52,472 nucleotides of DNA, taken from the NCBI GenBank assembly GCA_943356445.1, contig CALREZ010000002.1:1-52472 (forward strand), given 5' to 3'. The position numbers and the translations under genes are program-made. Positions 10,350-19,638 of this stretch are shown here, piece after piece. Numbering within the stretch: position 1 is the first letter of the stretch; every line of letters starts with the position of its first letter. The notes below the pieces were generated by a model. The model was not told where the DNA came from. It saw only the letters and a list, made by a program, of their open reading frames with translations, and made no database searches. The DNA comes from Candidatus Nomurabacteria bacterium. Lineage in GTDB: Bacteria > Patescibacteriota > Minisyncoccia > Phycocordibacterales > CAIJYI01.

Positions 10350-11408
10350 TTGGCTTTTTGCCGAAACGGACGCTTGTCTGGTTTTTTTGTTGCGCTTATT
10401 GTGACCTTTTTCCCTACCTCGTATGCTCACGCCAGCGTTTTCTCTGATATTACCGATTTCGTCGGCAACATGCTTCAGCCGGCAAGTACGGGGCAAAAAA
10501 CAGTAAATACGGTTTATAAAAACTCTCAAATGGGGGCCGCTTTGGAGGCGCCTCTTAATCACGACCTTAATCAGTCTTCCGTTGAAGAAATTCCCGTGGA
10601 AGTGGACGGCTCTGCCGTTTCGGCCAATCTTTCCGTTACTCCGGCAACAAGCGACGACAAAAACAAGATAAATAACTCAAACGACCAGATCAGTGTTTAT
10701 GTGGTTCATGAAGGCGATACTCTGTCACAGATAGCGAAAATGTTTGATGTAAGCCCTAACACTATTCTTTGGGCGAACGATATTCCCCGAAAAAGCGCTC
10801 TTAAGGTGGGACAAAAACTCGTTATTCTTCCTGTTTCCGGAATTCAGTATACGGTTAGGAAAGGAGATACCATCAATAAAATAGCCAAGAATTTTTCTGC
10901 CGATGCCGGTGATATACGAGATTTTAACGATATTCAAGACAGTACGCTTTCGGTTGGAGACGTGATTATTATTCCCGATGGTATGGAAGCCCCGACTCCG
11001 GTTGTTACGCCAATCAAGAAATTTATCAATTCCATTATTTCACCTGAACCTTCCGGTGTTGATACGAGCGGATACTTCATTCGCCCGGCAAAAGGCCCGA
11101 AGACGCAAGGCGTTCATGGGCACAACGGTATTGATATCAGCGGTCGCGGAGGGCTTTCTGTGGTTGCTGCCGCTGAAGGAAGGGTTCTTATCAGCCTCAG
11201 TTCCGGTTATAACGGCGGATACGGAAGCTATATCGTTATCAACCACCCGAACGGAACCCAGACGCTCTACGGACATCTAAGCGCCAACTTTGTTTCAGCC
11301 GGCGATTATGTTTCTCAAGGTCAGCTCATCGGAAACATCGGAAATACCGGAAAATCAACCGGCCCGCATCTCCATTTTGAAATTCACGGAGCAAAAAATC
11401 CATTTTAA
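10350..11408 (+). CDS. LysM x2 + M23 peptidoglycan DD-endopeptidase (start uncertain)
   Basis: YVVHEGDTLSQIA and YTVRKGDTINKIA (LysM); HNGIDI, YGHL, GKSTGPHLHFE (M23). Confidence 0.92.
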   Translation: MAFCRNGRLSGFFVALIVTFFPTSYAHASVFSDITDFVGNMLQPASTGQKTVNTVYKNSQMGAALEAPLNHDLNQSSVEEIPVEVDGSAVSANLSVTPATSDDKNKINNSNDQISVYVVHEGDTLSQIAKMFDVSPNTILWANDIPRKSALKVGQKLVILPVSGIQYTVRKGDTINKIAKNFSADAGDIRDFNDIQDSTLSVGDVIIIPDGMEAPTPVVTPIKKFINSIISPEPSGVDTSGYFIRPAKGPKTQGVHGHNGIDISGRGGLSVVAAAEGRVLISLSSGYNGGYGSYIVINHPNGTQTLYGHLSANFVSAGDYVSQGQLIGNIGNTGKSTGPHLHFEIHGAKNPF

Positions 11409-11437
11409 AAAACCGCTTCATTTGAAGCGGTTTTTTA
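11407..11437. terminator. Bidirectional terminator
   Basis: AAAAAACCGCTTCATTTGAAGCGGTTTTTT. Confidence 0.75.
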
Positions 11438-11725
11438 TGCAGTCATTTGTTCTCTTTCTTTCATATTCTTTCGGTTCTTCGTGAAAGACATAATCATAAA
11501 AATACTGGAACCGGGCGTAATGGGAAGCATTTCCAGTAGCGCGTTCACGCCGGTCATAACACCGGTACCCCTCATATCATATCGCGCCAGCCAAAAAGTG
11601 ATTTTCATGAAGCCGATAAACATTGTCCCAATAAAAGGCAAGAGAATTCCCGCCACATCAACAAAAATAGCGCAGCACATTCCGCCGGCAAAAGCGACTC
11701 CAGACATTTTTTGATCGCCATCCAT
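11435..11725 (-). CDS. Small hydrophobic membrane protein
   Basis: Two to three hydrophobic segments; LEMLPITPG motif; ATG at 11725 chosen as start. Confidence 0.6.
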   Translation of the reverse strand: MDGDQKMSGVAFAGGMCCAIFVDVAGILLPFIGTMFIGFMKITFWLARYDMRGTGVMTGVNALLEMLPITPGSSIFMIMSFTKNRKNMKEREQMTA

Positions 11726-11786
11726 AGTAACTTCATTATACCGCAAAAGAGAAAAAAATTACCATTTTTCTGTGAATAGAGATTTC

Positions 11787-11831
11787 TCAATTCTTCTTCT
11801 CCCTATACCCCAGCGCTTCCAAAAGGTGTCT
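11787..11831 (-). repeat. Degenerate duplicate of the comM 3' end (att-like scar)
   Basis: Encodes RHLLEALGYREKKN-stop, versus KHLAEALGYREKKN-stop at 12437-12481. Confidence 0.85.
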
Positions 11832-12109
11832 TATTCAAACAAATCCGAATGTGTGCCAATATCGTATAAAAAAATAACCTGTTCAGCCTCGTGTTTTTTG
11901 TAAATCAAAAGCAAATCATTGTGAATATGACATTCTTCGAACTCTGATAATTCTCCTGACAGAAAATGATTTTTGAATTTTTGAGCGAGTTTTTGTTCTG
12001 ACAATATCATTTCCAACACATCTTGAATTGCAGAAATATCATATTTTCCGCTTTTTGCGATTCTTTTGAGCGACTTCTTAAAACGTTTCCCTGGTACGAG
12101 TGAATACAT
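11831..12109 (-). CDS. yafQ: YafQ-family mRNA interferase toxin
   Basis: FKKSLKR, NHFLSG, ECHIHNDLLLIY, IGTHSDLF. Confidence 0.9.
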   Translation of the reverse strand: MYSLVPGKRFKKSLKRIAKSGKYDISAIQDVLEMILSEQKLAQKFKNHFLSGELSEFEECHIHNDLLLIYKKHEAEQVIFLYDIGTHSDLFE

Positions 12110-12112
12110 GGG

Positions 12113-12382
12113 TTATTTTAAAATATCGCGAAACAGTTCTTTTGATGTGGAATACTGTTTTCCGTGTTTTATACTATGTACTGTTTCGGCAAGTATTTTC
12201 CTTTCTTTTTCAACAGTAAAACCGTTCGCTGTACGCAAAGGAAAAGGAATTGATTCGGTATTTACGACTTGCTGCAAAAAAAGCTTCATACCGGAAGACA
12301 TATCCAAACCAAGTTCTTTAAAAACCCTTTGCGCGTCCGTTTTTGTTTTGCTATCTATACGTATTTGAAGTGTTGTATTCAT
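12113..12382 (-). CDS. dinJ: DinJ/RelB antitoxin
   Basis: LQIRIDSKTKTDAQRVFKELGLDMSSGMKLFLQQVV..IPF. Confidence 0.9.
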   Translation of the reverse strand: MNTTLQIRIDSKTKTDAQRVFKELGLDMSSGMKLFLQQVVNTESIPFPLRTANGFTVEKERKILAETVHSIKHGKQYSTSKELFRDILK

Positions 12383-12436
12383 AATAATAGCGTATATGAA
12401 CGTAATGACAATGTCAATACGACAAAATATAAGGGA

Positions 12437-13981
12437 TTAATTCTTCTTCTCTCTATACCCCAACGCCTCCGCGAGATGTTTATCTTGAATGTTTTCACTT
12501 CCAGCGAGGTCTGCGATTGTTCGCGCGAGTTTAATAATGCGATGATACGCGCGTGGCGAAAGGCCCATTCTTGTTGCTGCGGAATTGAGTAAATTCTTCT
12601 CTTTTTCACCAAGCGGAGCGAATTTTTCGAGATCTTTGGCGGACATTTCAGAGTTGGTGTTTATGCGTTTCCCTACAAACCTTTTTTCTTGAATTTCTCT
12701 CGCTTTCAATACCCTGTCTCGAATGTTTTTTGATGTGTCGGTTCCTTCCGGTACTTTGTCCGATAATTTTTTGTAATCAATTTCGGCAACCGGAAGGAAA
12801 ATGTCAATTCTATCCATAATCGGGCCGGAAAGTTTTCGTTCGTATTTGTAAATATCGCCGGCAGAACAGACACACTCCTTTTTTGTCCCCTTAAAACCGC
12901 ACGGACAAGGGTTCATTGCGGCGACCAAAATGAAATTTGCGGGAAACACTTCGGTTCCTTTTGCTCGGGAAATGCTCACGAATTTTTCTTCCAGTGGTTC
13001 TCGTAAACTTTCCAAAACGCGTTTTTCAAATTCGGGGAATTCATCCAAGAACAATACGCCTCTGTGCGCGAGGGTTACTTCTCCCGGTTTTGGAAAAGCG
13101 CCGCCGCCGATCAGTGAAACATAGGAGGAAGTGTGATGCGGGGCGCGAAACGGTGCGGATGTCACGAGCGGTTCTTTGAGGGTGCCGGAAATGGAATGGA
13201 TGCCGGTTATTTCCAAAGCTTCCTCAAAAGAAAGTTCGGGGAGCAGTTGCGAAAAAGCTCTCGCCAGCATGGTTTTTCCGGTACCGGGAGGGCCGAACAT
13301 GAGAACATTATGTCTTCCCGCGGCGGCAATTTCCAGACCGCGTTTTGCGGTTTCTTGACCTCGTATATCTTCAAAACCATACTCATGAATTTTTTCTCTT
13401 TTTTCAACCCTTCCCGGAACATGAGGTGAAATGGTTTTCGAATACTTTTCTTCTTCTGAAACCATCGTATTCAGGTGTTTGATAACCTGAGAAAGCGTTT
13501 TACACCCGTAAATAGTAATACCCTCAATAATAGATGCTTCGTCAGCATTCTCGTAAGGCAAGAAAACTTCAGTGAACCCTTTTTCTTTGGCTTTTTGTAC
13601 GAGCGGAAGCGTTCCGTGAATCGGACGAAGTTCCCCATTTAAACCGAGTTCTCCCAAGAAAAGTCTCTCTTTGGTATCAAATTTTATTTCCCCGCCCGCG
13701 AGAAGATAAGTTAAGGCGCAAGCAAGATCAAACAATGTTCCCTCTTTTTTGATATTTGCCGGAGTGAGAGAAATTATTATTTTTTGATTTTTAGCTTTTG
13801 GTGATTTATATCCTGAGTTCTTTATGGCGGCGGAAATCCGATCTTTTGATTCGTCAACCGACTTGTCGGGAAGTCCCACTACCGAAAAAGAGGCCATTCC
13901 TTTGGAAATGTCCACTTCTACACAGACAATATGAGCGTGCAGTCCGACGGATTGAGCGCTGTAACTTTTTGCGAAACCCAT
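12437..13981 (-). CDS. comM: YifB/ComM Mg-chelatase-like AAA+ ATPase
   Basis: GPPGTGKTMLA, PFRAPHHT, PGEVTLAHRGVLFLDEFPEF, AAMNPCPCG, ARTIADL. Confidence 0.95.
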   Translation of the reverse strand: MGFAKSYSAQSVGLHAHIVCVEVDISKGMASFSVVGLPDKSVDESKDRISAAIKNSGYKSPKAKNQKIIISLTPANIKKEGTLFDLACALTYLLAGGEIKFDTKERLFLGELGLNGELRPIHGTLPLVQKAKEKGFTEVFLPYENADEASIIEGITIYGCKTLSQVIKHLNTMVSEEEKYSKTISPHVPGRVEKREKIHEYGFEDIRGQETAKRGLEIAAAGRHNVLMFGPPGTGKTMLARAFSQLLPELSFEEALEITGIHSISGTLKEPLVTSAPFRAPHHTSSYVSLIGGGAFPKPGEVTLAHRGVLFLDEFPEFEKRVLESLREPLEEKFVSISRAKGTEVFPANFILVAAMNPCPCGFKGTKKECVCSAGDIYKYERKLSGPIMDRIDIFLPVAEIDYKKLSDKVPEGTDTSKNIRDRVLKAREIQEKRFVGKRINTNSEMSAKDLEKFAPLGEKEKNLLNSAATRMGLSPRAYHRIIKLARTIADLAGSENIQDKHLAEALGYREKKN

Positions 13982-14004
13982 GACGGTTAAGATGAAAGAA
14001 AAAA

Positions 14005-14067
14005 GTAAAAAGTTGAAAGTAAAAGCATGAGCTTATTTACTTTTTTCTTTTTACTTTCAACTTTTTT
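14005..14067. repeat. Heptad-repeat hairpin
   Basis: AAAAAGTTGAAAGTAAAA ... TTTTACTTTCAACTTTTT inverted repeat built of AAAGT(A/T) units. Confidence 0.6.
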
Positions 14068-14071
14068 CTAT

Positions 14072-14434
14072 TTAGTTGTTAATATGCTCCTTACACGTTT
14101 CGGCTGCAGGATTTGCTTCTAAACGATCATCCTCTATTTCTTTTTTGCATATTCGGCAAATTCCGTAGGTTCCCTCTTCTATCCTTTTGAGAGCGCCTTT
14201 TACTTCATTGAAACGGACTTCTAACTCGGTTTCAACGGCGCTTCTTTCTTCAAATTCTTCAAATTTATCAGCGAGAGAGTTCTCGTCTTCCGTATCAATA
14301 TCTTGCGTATCTCCCGGAGTCGCCTCCCAATCGTCAGGATTTGACGGATTAATCCGACCGACATCTTTTAATTCTTCCTCAAGCTGTTTCTTTTCGGTTA
14401 AAAGCGTTTCTTTAAAGTGTTCCAGGTTTTTCAT
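14072..14434 (-). CDS. TraR/DksA C4 zinc-finger protein
   Basis: ALKRIEEGTYGICRICKKEIEDDRLEANPAAETCKEH. Confidence 0.9.
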   Translation of the reverse strand: MKNLEHFKETLLTEKKQLEEELKDVGRINPSNPDDWEATPGDTQDIDTEDENSLADKFEEFEERSAVETELEVRFNEVKGALKRIEEGTYGICRICKKEIEDDRLEANPAAETCKEHINN

Positions 14435-14468
14435 ATGTGCTTATAGTAACAAATTTCTTCTACCAATA

Positions 14469-15764
14469 CTATTTCTTTTTAAGTTCCACATCAAGCCTTC
14501 GTGAGATTTCAAAAAGAGTGTTGTTGTTGGTGGTAATGATAAGGGTTTTTTGATCTTTGAACATATAGACCAGGGCGATGCTTTTATCGGAATTGTATAA
14601 AACCCGCGTGTCTTTATTGTTGGTAACCAAGTCTCCCCACGTCCTTTGTCCCAGTTCTCCTTTCCCTATCGTTCCGAAAAGAGGTTTCAAATCTTCCGCT
14701 ACGGTTCCTTCCCAGCCAAGCATGCCGACAAAAGCATTGTCATAATAGTCCGTTTTGAGGATAAGAAACGGCTGATTTCCTTCAAAGGCGTGATATCCGA
14801 ACATGAAATCATCTTTGATGGTGCGGAGGATTATTTGTGGAACGGGAATTTGAAGCTTGTTAAAGAGTTCGCTTGCTCCGACCAGATTTTTCTTTTGGAT
14901 AAGCCCGGAATCTGTTTTTATCGGGAAGGTTTTTGTGAAAAAGAGATCTTTAATGGTATCAAGTTTTGGTGTTGCGGTAGTAATCTCTTCTTGTATTTCT
15001 TTCGCAAGAACTTTTTCATTTTTTCCGTCAATCGGCACTTCTTGCAGTGTTTCAACGCTGATGAGCGGGACGATTCTTATCTCTGTAAGGAGTTGTTCCC
15101 CTTTTGAGGGTATAAAAAACGTATAATAGACGACGCCGGCGGTAAGGAGAGCAAAGAGGATGGAAAAAATGATAAGCGTCATATTCTTTCGCGTTTTTGG
15201 AGATGTCTGTTCTTCTTTTTTATACTTCACTTTTTGTTCCTCAAGAACCATGCGGACGAGAGAAGTTTTTTGGTCAGTAATCGCTCCCGCTACGTCTTTT
15301 TTATAAGTGCGAAGTGTGGGGATATCGGATTGACCTACTTTTGCTTCGGTTTTTTGCTCTTCCTCATTTTTTTTTGAATCAATGGATATTTTTTTTGCCG
15401 CAATAATTTGGGTCGCGTCAACGGTCTTTTGAGGAGTATAATCAATTGTGCTTGCGGATTCTTCAGATTTTTCAATCGGCGCGATCTCATTTATGTCTAT
15501 CGTCGGTTCAAGGACTTTGTTTTGTTCCGGAAGATGCGCCGTTTTTATAACATCTGCCAGTTCTTCTTTGCTTTTTTGAGGTATGTCGGAAATCTTTATT
15601 TCTTGAGACGCCTGTTCTTTTTTGGGGACGTCAAAAACAATACCTTCGCTAACCGATGGTATCGGTTTTTTTTGAGGAATGTTAAAAGGAAGAGTTTTCT
15701 TTGTCGCGGAATCCTCTAAAATTCCTTTTTTCGGAATTTTGTCTTCGTCCATATAAAATATCAT
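14469..15764 (-). CDS. Single-pass membrane hypothetical protein
   Basis: 431 aa; LRTYKKDVA motif, central TM helix, globular C-terminal domain. Confidence 0.75.
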   Translation of the reverse strand: MIFYMDEDKIPKKGILEDSATKKTLPFNIPQKKPIPSVSEGIVFDVPKKEQASQEIKISDIPQKSKEELADVIKTAHLPEQNKVLEPTIDINEIAPIEKSEESASTIDYTPQKTVDATQIIAAKKISIDSKKNEEEQKTEAKVGQSDIPTLRTYKKDVAGAITDQKTSLVRMVLEEQKVKYKKEEQTSPKTRKNMTLIIFSILFALLTAGVVYYTFFIPSKGEQLLTEIRIVPLISVETLQEVPIDGKNEKVLAKEIQEEITTATPKLDTIKDLFFTKTFPIKTDSGLIQKKNLVGASELFNKLQIPVPQIILRTIKDDFMFGYHAFEGNQPFLILKTDYYDNAFVGMLGWEGTVAEDLKPLFGTIGKGELGQRTWGDLVTNNKDTRVLYNSDKSIALVYMFKDQKTLIITTNNNTLFEISRRLDVELKKK

Positions 15765-15839
15765 ATCACTTCCTTTGCTCTCGCGAAACGGAAGAATTTT
15801 TTACATGTGGACAAGTCGCGTTATCTTTTTCTCTTTATG

Positions 15840-15868
15840 AAAAGTCCCGGAAAATTTCCGGGACTTTT
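15840..15868 (-). terminator. pnp terminator
   Basis: AAAAGTCCCGGAAAATTTCCGGGACTTTT. Confidence 0.75.
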
Positions 15869-15873
15869 TACTG

Positions 15874-18099
15874 CTAAGATCTGTCTGTTCGCGGCGTATA
15901 AGGTCGGTCGTGTCCGCCTCTGAACGATCCGCGGTCTCCGCCAAAAGTTCTTCCATGAGATCCGCTTGGTCCAACACCCGGCGCCGCCGGTTTAATTCCC
16001 TTTCTTGCCGCAAATTCAGAGTCGGCTTGTTTGATGGAAAGTTTCATTTTTCCGCGGTCATCAACTTCACGGATAACGACGGGTACTTCCTCCCCTTCTT
16101 TTACTACGTCGCTTACCTTATTTACACGGAAAGGAGCCAATTCTGAAATATGAACAAGGCCTTCGTTATTTATGCCGAACTGTACCACCGCGCCGATATC
16201 ATCCAGAACCTTGATGACTTTTCCGGTATATTTTTCTCCGGGTTTATAGACATGAGTCATTCCTTCAATGAATTTTTTCGCTTTTTCCGCTCCGATTCCT
16301 TTTCCGGTGATAAATACCGTGCCGTCATCGTCAATATCTATTTCCGTACCGGTTGCTTCGCGTATTTTATTGATTATCTTCCCTCCGGGGCCTATAACGG
16401 CGCCAATTTGCTCGGGGAGGATTTTAACGGAAAGAATCTTCGGCGCGAATTCTGAAATATCGGCACGGGGAGCGTTCAGTTCTTTTTCAATGACATCAAG
16501 AATCTGAAGTCGGGCGGTTTTTGCTTTTACAAAAGATTCCGCAAGGATCTTTACCGGGATTCCGTCTACTTTAACATCCATCTGTATCGCCGTGATTCCT
16601 TCGCGGGTTCCCGCAACTTTCAAGTCCATATCTCCGTGGTGGTCTTCCGGCCCTTGAATATCCATGAGAATTTTATAGGTTTTCTCGTCTTCCATCATAA
16701 GACCCATCGCGATGCCGGCTACCGGCGCCTTGATAGGCACTCCGCCGTCCATAAGGGCCAAGGTTGAACCGCAGACCGACGCCATAGAGGTTGATCCATT
16801 TGACGCCATAGATTCGGATACGACGCGAATCGTGTACGGGAAAATATCTTTGGTCGGGAGTACCGGAATAAGCGCTTTTTCCGCGAGCGCTCCGTGACCG
16901 ATCATTCTTCTGTTTGTTCCACCCATTCTTCCTGTCTCACCTCCGGAATACGGAGGGAAATTGTAGTGATGCATGTAGGTCTTTTCTTTTTCCGAACCGT
17001 CTATAGTCTGAGAATCTTTCGGGCCGCCAAGCGTAAGAACAGAGAGAACATGCGTTCCTCCGCGGTAAAATACGCCAGTTCCATGAAGAACAGGGGAAAT
17101 TCCACCTGCTTTTGCGGAAAGATTTCTTAATTCATCCATTCCTCGTCCGTCCGGGCGGCTGTTGTTTTTAATCGCTTCTCGGTGAAGAAGCTCATTTACT
17201 TGATGATGAAAATACTCTTTTGCTTTACCGACATCTTCCCCTGGAAGTTTTTCTTCTACCAGTTTTCCCCATTCAGCCTCCAATTCATAGCCGATCTTGC
17301 TTCCCGGACCGACATAGAGTTTTTCTTTTAAGGTTTTCCCCACTTCTTCTTCAAAAAGCGCTTTAACAACCGCGGAATGACCGGTTGCCGGAATAACCAA
17401 TTTTTTCTTTCCGATCTCTTTTACGATCATCTTTTGGAAATTCTGGAGTTTTTCAAGTTCTTCTTTTGCGGTTTCTAAGGCCTTGGTTGCTGTTTCTTCG
17501 TTTATTTCTTTTCCTCCGAGTTCTATCATGTTGATATTGCCGTCTTTTCCGCAGACCGTCATATCCATTTCATATTCGGGAAGTTCTCTTTCTGCATTGG
17601 ATGGATTGATGAGAAATTCCGTTGTTTCTTTTTTCTTTCCCAGTCTTAAGGCTGAAACTGGGCCGTTGAAAGGAATATCAGATGTGGCAAGCGCCAGAGA
17701 ACCGGCGACAACGGAAAGAACGTCGGTTTCACATTCGCCGAGAGCCAATACCGTAATAACCACCTGAATTTCTTTGCGAATATGCTGATCAAAAAGAGGT
17801 CTGATCGTGCGATCTACGACGCGCCCGGAAAGTATGCCTTCATTGGAAGGTTTCCCTTCTCTTCTCACATAACGGCTTCCGAGGATTTTTCCCGAAGCGT
17901 AAAAACGTTCTTCGTAATCAACCGTGAGAGGCAAGTAATCAATACCTTCCCTTTCATCGCCGCCAATAACGGCCGTTGCAAGTACGACGGTATCGTTATA
18001 TCTCACAATAACCGAACCATTCGTCTGGTCGGCAAGATCAGTAAATTGAGCAACCAACGGTTTCCCCCCTATTTCTACGGAGTATTCTTTGCTTTGCAT
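15874..18099 (-). CDS. pnp: Polynucleotide phosphorylase
   Basis: Two RNase PH domains (LTVDYEER, HHYNFPPYS, SNGSTSMASVCG, GDMDLKVAGT), then KH and S1. Confidence 0.97.
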   Translation of the reverse strand: MQSKEYSVEIGGKPLVAQFTDLADQTNGSVIVRYNDTVVLATAVIGGDEREGIDYLPLTVDYEERFYASGKILGSRYVRREGKPSNEGILSGRVVDRTIRPLFDQHIRKEIQVVITVLALGECETDVLSVVAGSLALATSDIPFNGPVSALRLGKKKETTEFLINPSNAERELPEYEMDMTVCGKDGNINMIELGGKEINEETATKALETAKEELEKLQNFQKMIVKEIGKKKLVIPATGHSAVVKALFEEEVGKTLKEKLYVGPGSKIGYELEAEWGKLVEEKLPGEDVGKAKEYFHHQVNELLHREAIKNNSRPDGRGMDELRNLSAKAGGISPVLHGTGVFYRGGTHVLSVLTLGGPKDSQTIDGSEKEKTYMHHYNFPPYSGGETGRMGGTNRRMIGHGALAEKALIPVLPTKDIFPYTIRVVSESMASNGSTSMASVCGSTLALMDGGVPIKAPVAGIAMGLMMEDEKTYKILMDIQGPEDHHGDMDLKVAGTREGITAIQMDVKVDGIPVKILAESFVKAKTARLQILDVIEKELNAPRADISEFAPKILSVKILPEQIGAVIGPGGKIINKIREATGTEIDIDDDGTVFITGKGIGAEKAKKFIEGMTHVYKPGEKYTGKVIKVLDDIGAVVQFGINNEGLVHISELAPFRVNKVSDVVKEGEEVPVVIREVDDRGKMKLSIKQADSEFAARKGIKPAAPGVGPSGSHGRTFGGDRGSFRGGHDRPYTPRTDRS

Positions 18100-18110
18100 A
18101 TTTTTACGGC

Positions 18111-18176
18111 GTGGTCGTCAGATTCTAGTACTGAAACAGAAAAACTCATATTTCAATGCTAACATCCGCCGATCAC
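18111..18176 (-). promoter_or_regulatory. Long pnp 5' leader stem-loop
   Basis: About 28-bp imperfect stem on the minus strand: GTGATCGGCGGATGTTAGCATTGAAATA / TGTTTCAGTACTAGAATCTGACGACCAC. Confidence 0.6.
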
Positions 18177-18269
18177 CGCTATTTTTATAATGAATAATGC
18201 AAACACTATATCAATGTTTGAAAAAGAAAACAAAGTTGACAGAAAAAAGAAAATGGTTTACATTGAGCC

Positions 18270-18563
18270 TTGGAATTGTCCCATAAGGAGAGAAAAATGC
18301 CATTCGTTGAAGTTACCGAAGAAGAACAAAAAGTATTGGATTTGCACCGATTTGAAAAACTGGTCGCCCACAGAGCGGAAATCTTGGGTGAGATTTCCAT
18401 AATGGAAAAGTTTCAAGAATTTGCCGCAAGTACCGTAATTCAAGACGCCCTTCTTGATGAATTGGACGCTAAAGAAAAAGAGTTATCTGCTGCGGAAGAA
18501 GACCTTAAGATTCTGCGTCAAAAACTCGGCATAGAAACGCCGACTATCCACACGGAATTGTAA
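18270..18563 (+). CDS. Small coiled-coil hypothetical protein (ATG 18297 is an alternative start)
   Basis: AGGAG before ATG 18297; TTGACA upstream; terminator at 18571-18598. Confidence 0.65.
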   Translation: MELSHKERKMPFVEVTEEEQKVLDLHRFEKLVAHRAEILGEISIMEKFQEFAASTVIQDALLDELDAKEKELSAAEEDLKILRQKLGIETPTIHTEL

Positions 18564-18667
18564 AATTTCGCAAAACGCCCCGATTCGGGGCGTTTTTCTT
18601 GACATAAATAAACTATATGGGTATGGTAAAAACAGAGCTTCATTGACAGAGAACAAGAGGAAAAACC

Positions 18668-19549
18668 ATGATTGAAATCAAAAAAGATATTCAAAAATGC
18701 ATACAATGCCCGCATCATAATATAGAACCTGACCCGGATCCCAATGACTGGTTCTGTGATGATGATATAAAAATTCGTTGCACTCTTTCTCCCGATCCTT
18801 ATCGGGGTAACTGTTACCGAGAACCTTATATTACCGTCGGTTGTCGTCCTTATCGCGCCAAAAAGGAGTCGGATGTCCCCGTTTGGTGCCCTCTTAAAAA
18901 CGAAAGTATAGAAAAAGAAAATCTTTTAAACAAAAAAGTTACGAATCGCGAGCTTTTTTTAGAAAGATTCACCCCATTTTTGAGCGCCTTTGGGATGGAA
19001 CGCATCTATGATGCTTATAGATTTGCAAAATACGCTCATAAAGAACAGTATCGTTCCGATGGTTGCCGGTATGTTGAACACCCTCGCGCGGTAGTTAAAA
19101 TCATTGCCGACGAACTTGGTATTGTTAATAACTGGAAACTTATTGTTGCCGCGCTCCTTCATGACGTTTGGGAAGATACATGGCTTTTAACCCCATGTTT
19201 GACCGGGAAAATCTTTGGAAAAGATATTGCACTTTGGCTTTCTTTTTTAACGAGAGAAAAAGAACACAATAAGGAAGAATTTCCTAAATATATCGGTAAA
19301 ATATCGGAATCTGGTATTTGGCAAGTCGTTTTGATTAAGGTTTGCGATCGTTTGCATAATCTCCGCACCTTGAAAAAACTTGATATTGAGAGACAAAAAA
19401 GATATTTGCGCGAAACCGAGACTTATTTTTACGATCTTGCAAAAACACTGATCCGGATATCCCCACCGCGCATGGAAGAGAAAATGATTTTGTTAGAAAG
19501 CTTGCTTATTTCAGAAATAAGCAAACTTAAAGACATTTTATCTGAATAG
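18668..19549 (+). CDS. RelA/SpoT-type HD hydrolase (Mesh1/SAH-like) with N-terminal Cys-rich domain
   Basis: AHKEQYRSDGCRYVEHP, AALLHDVWEDT, IKVCDRLHNLRTL; N-terminus CxxC...DPDPNDWFCDDD...C...GCRP...WCPL. Confidence 0.85.
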   Translation: MIEIKKDIQKCIQCPHHNIEPDPDPNDWFCDDDIKIRCTLSPDPYRGNCYREPYITVGCRPYRAKKESDVPVWCPLKNESIEKENLLNKKVTNRELFLERFTPFLSAFGMERIYDAYRFAKYAHKEQYRSDGCRYVEHPRAVVKIIADELGIVNNWKLIVAALLHDVWEDTWLLTPCLTGKIFGKDIALWLSFLTREKEHNKEEFPKYIGKISESGIWQVVLIKVCDRLHNLRTLKKLDIERQKRYLRETETYFYDLAKTLIRISPPRMEEKMILLESLLISEISKLKDILSE

Positions 19550-19638
19550 AGAGAAGAATCTTATAATACCTCCCGCACAAAACCGTGCGGGATTTTTTGC
19601 ACCTTGCTCAATCCTCTTCTCTCTATTATTCTTACTAT

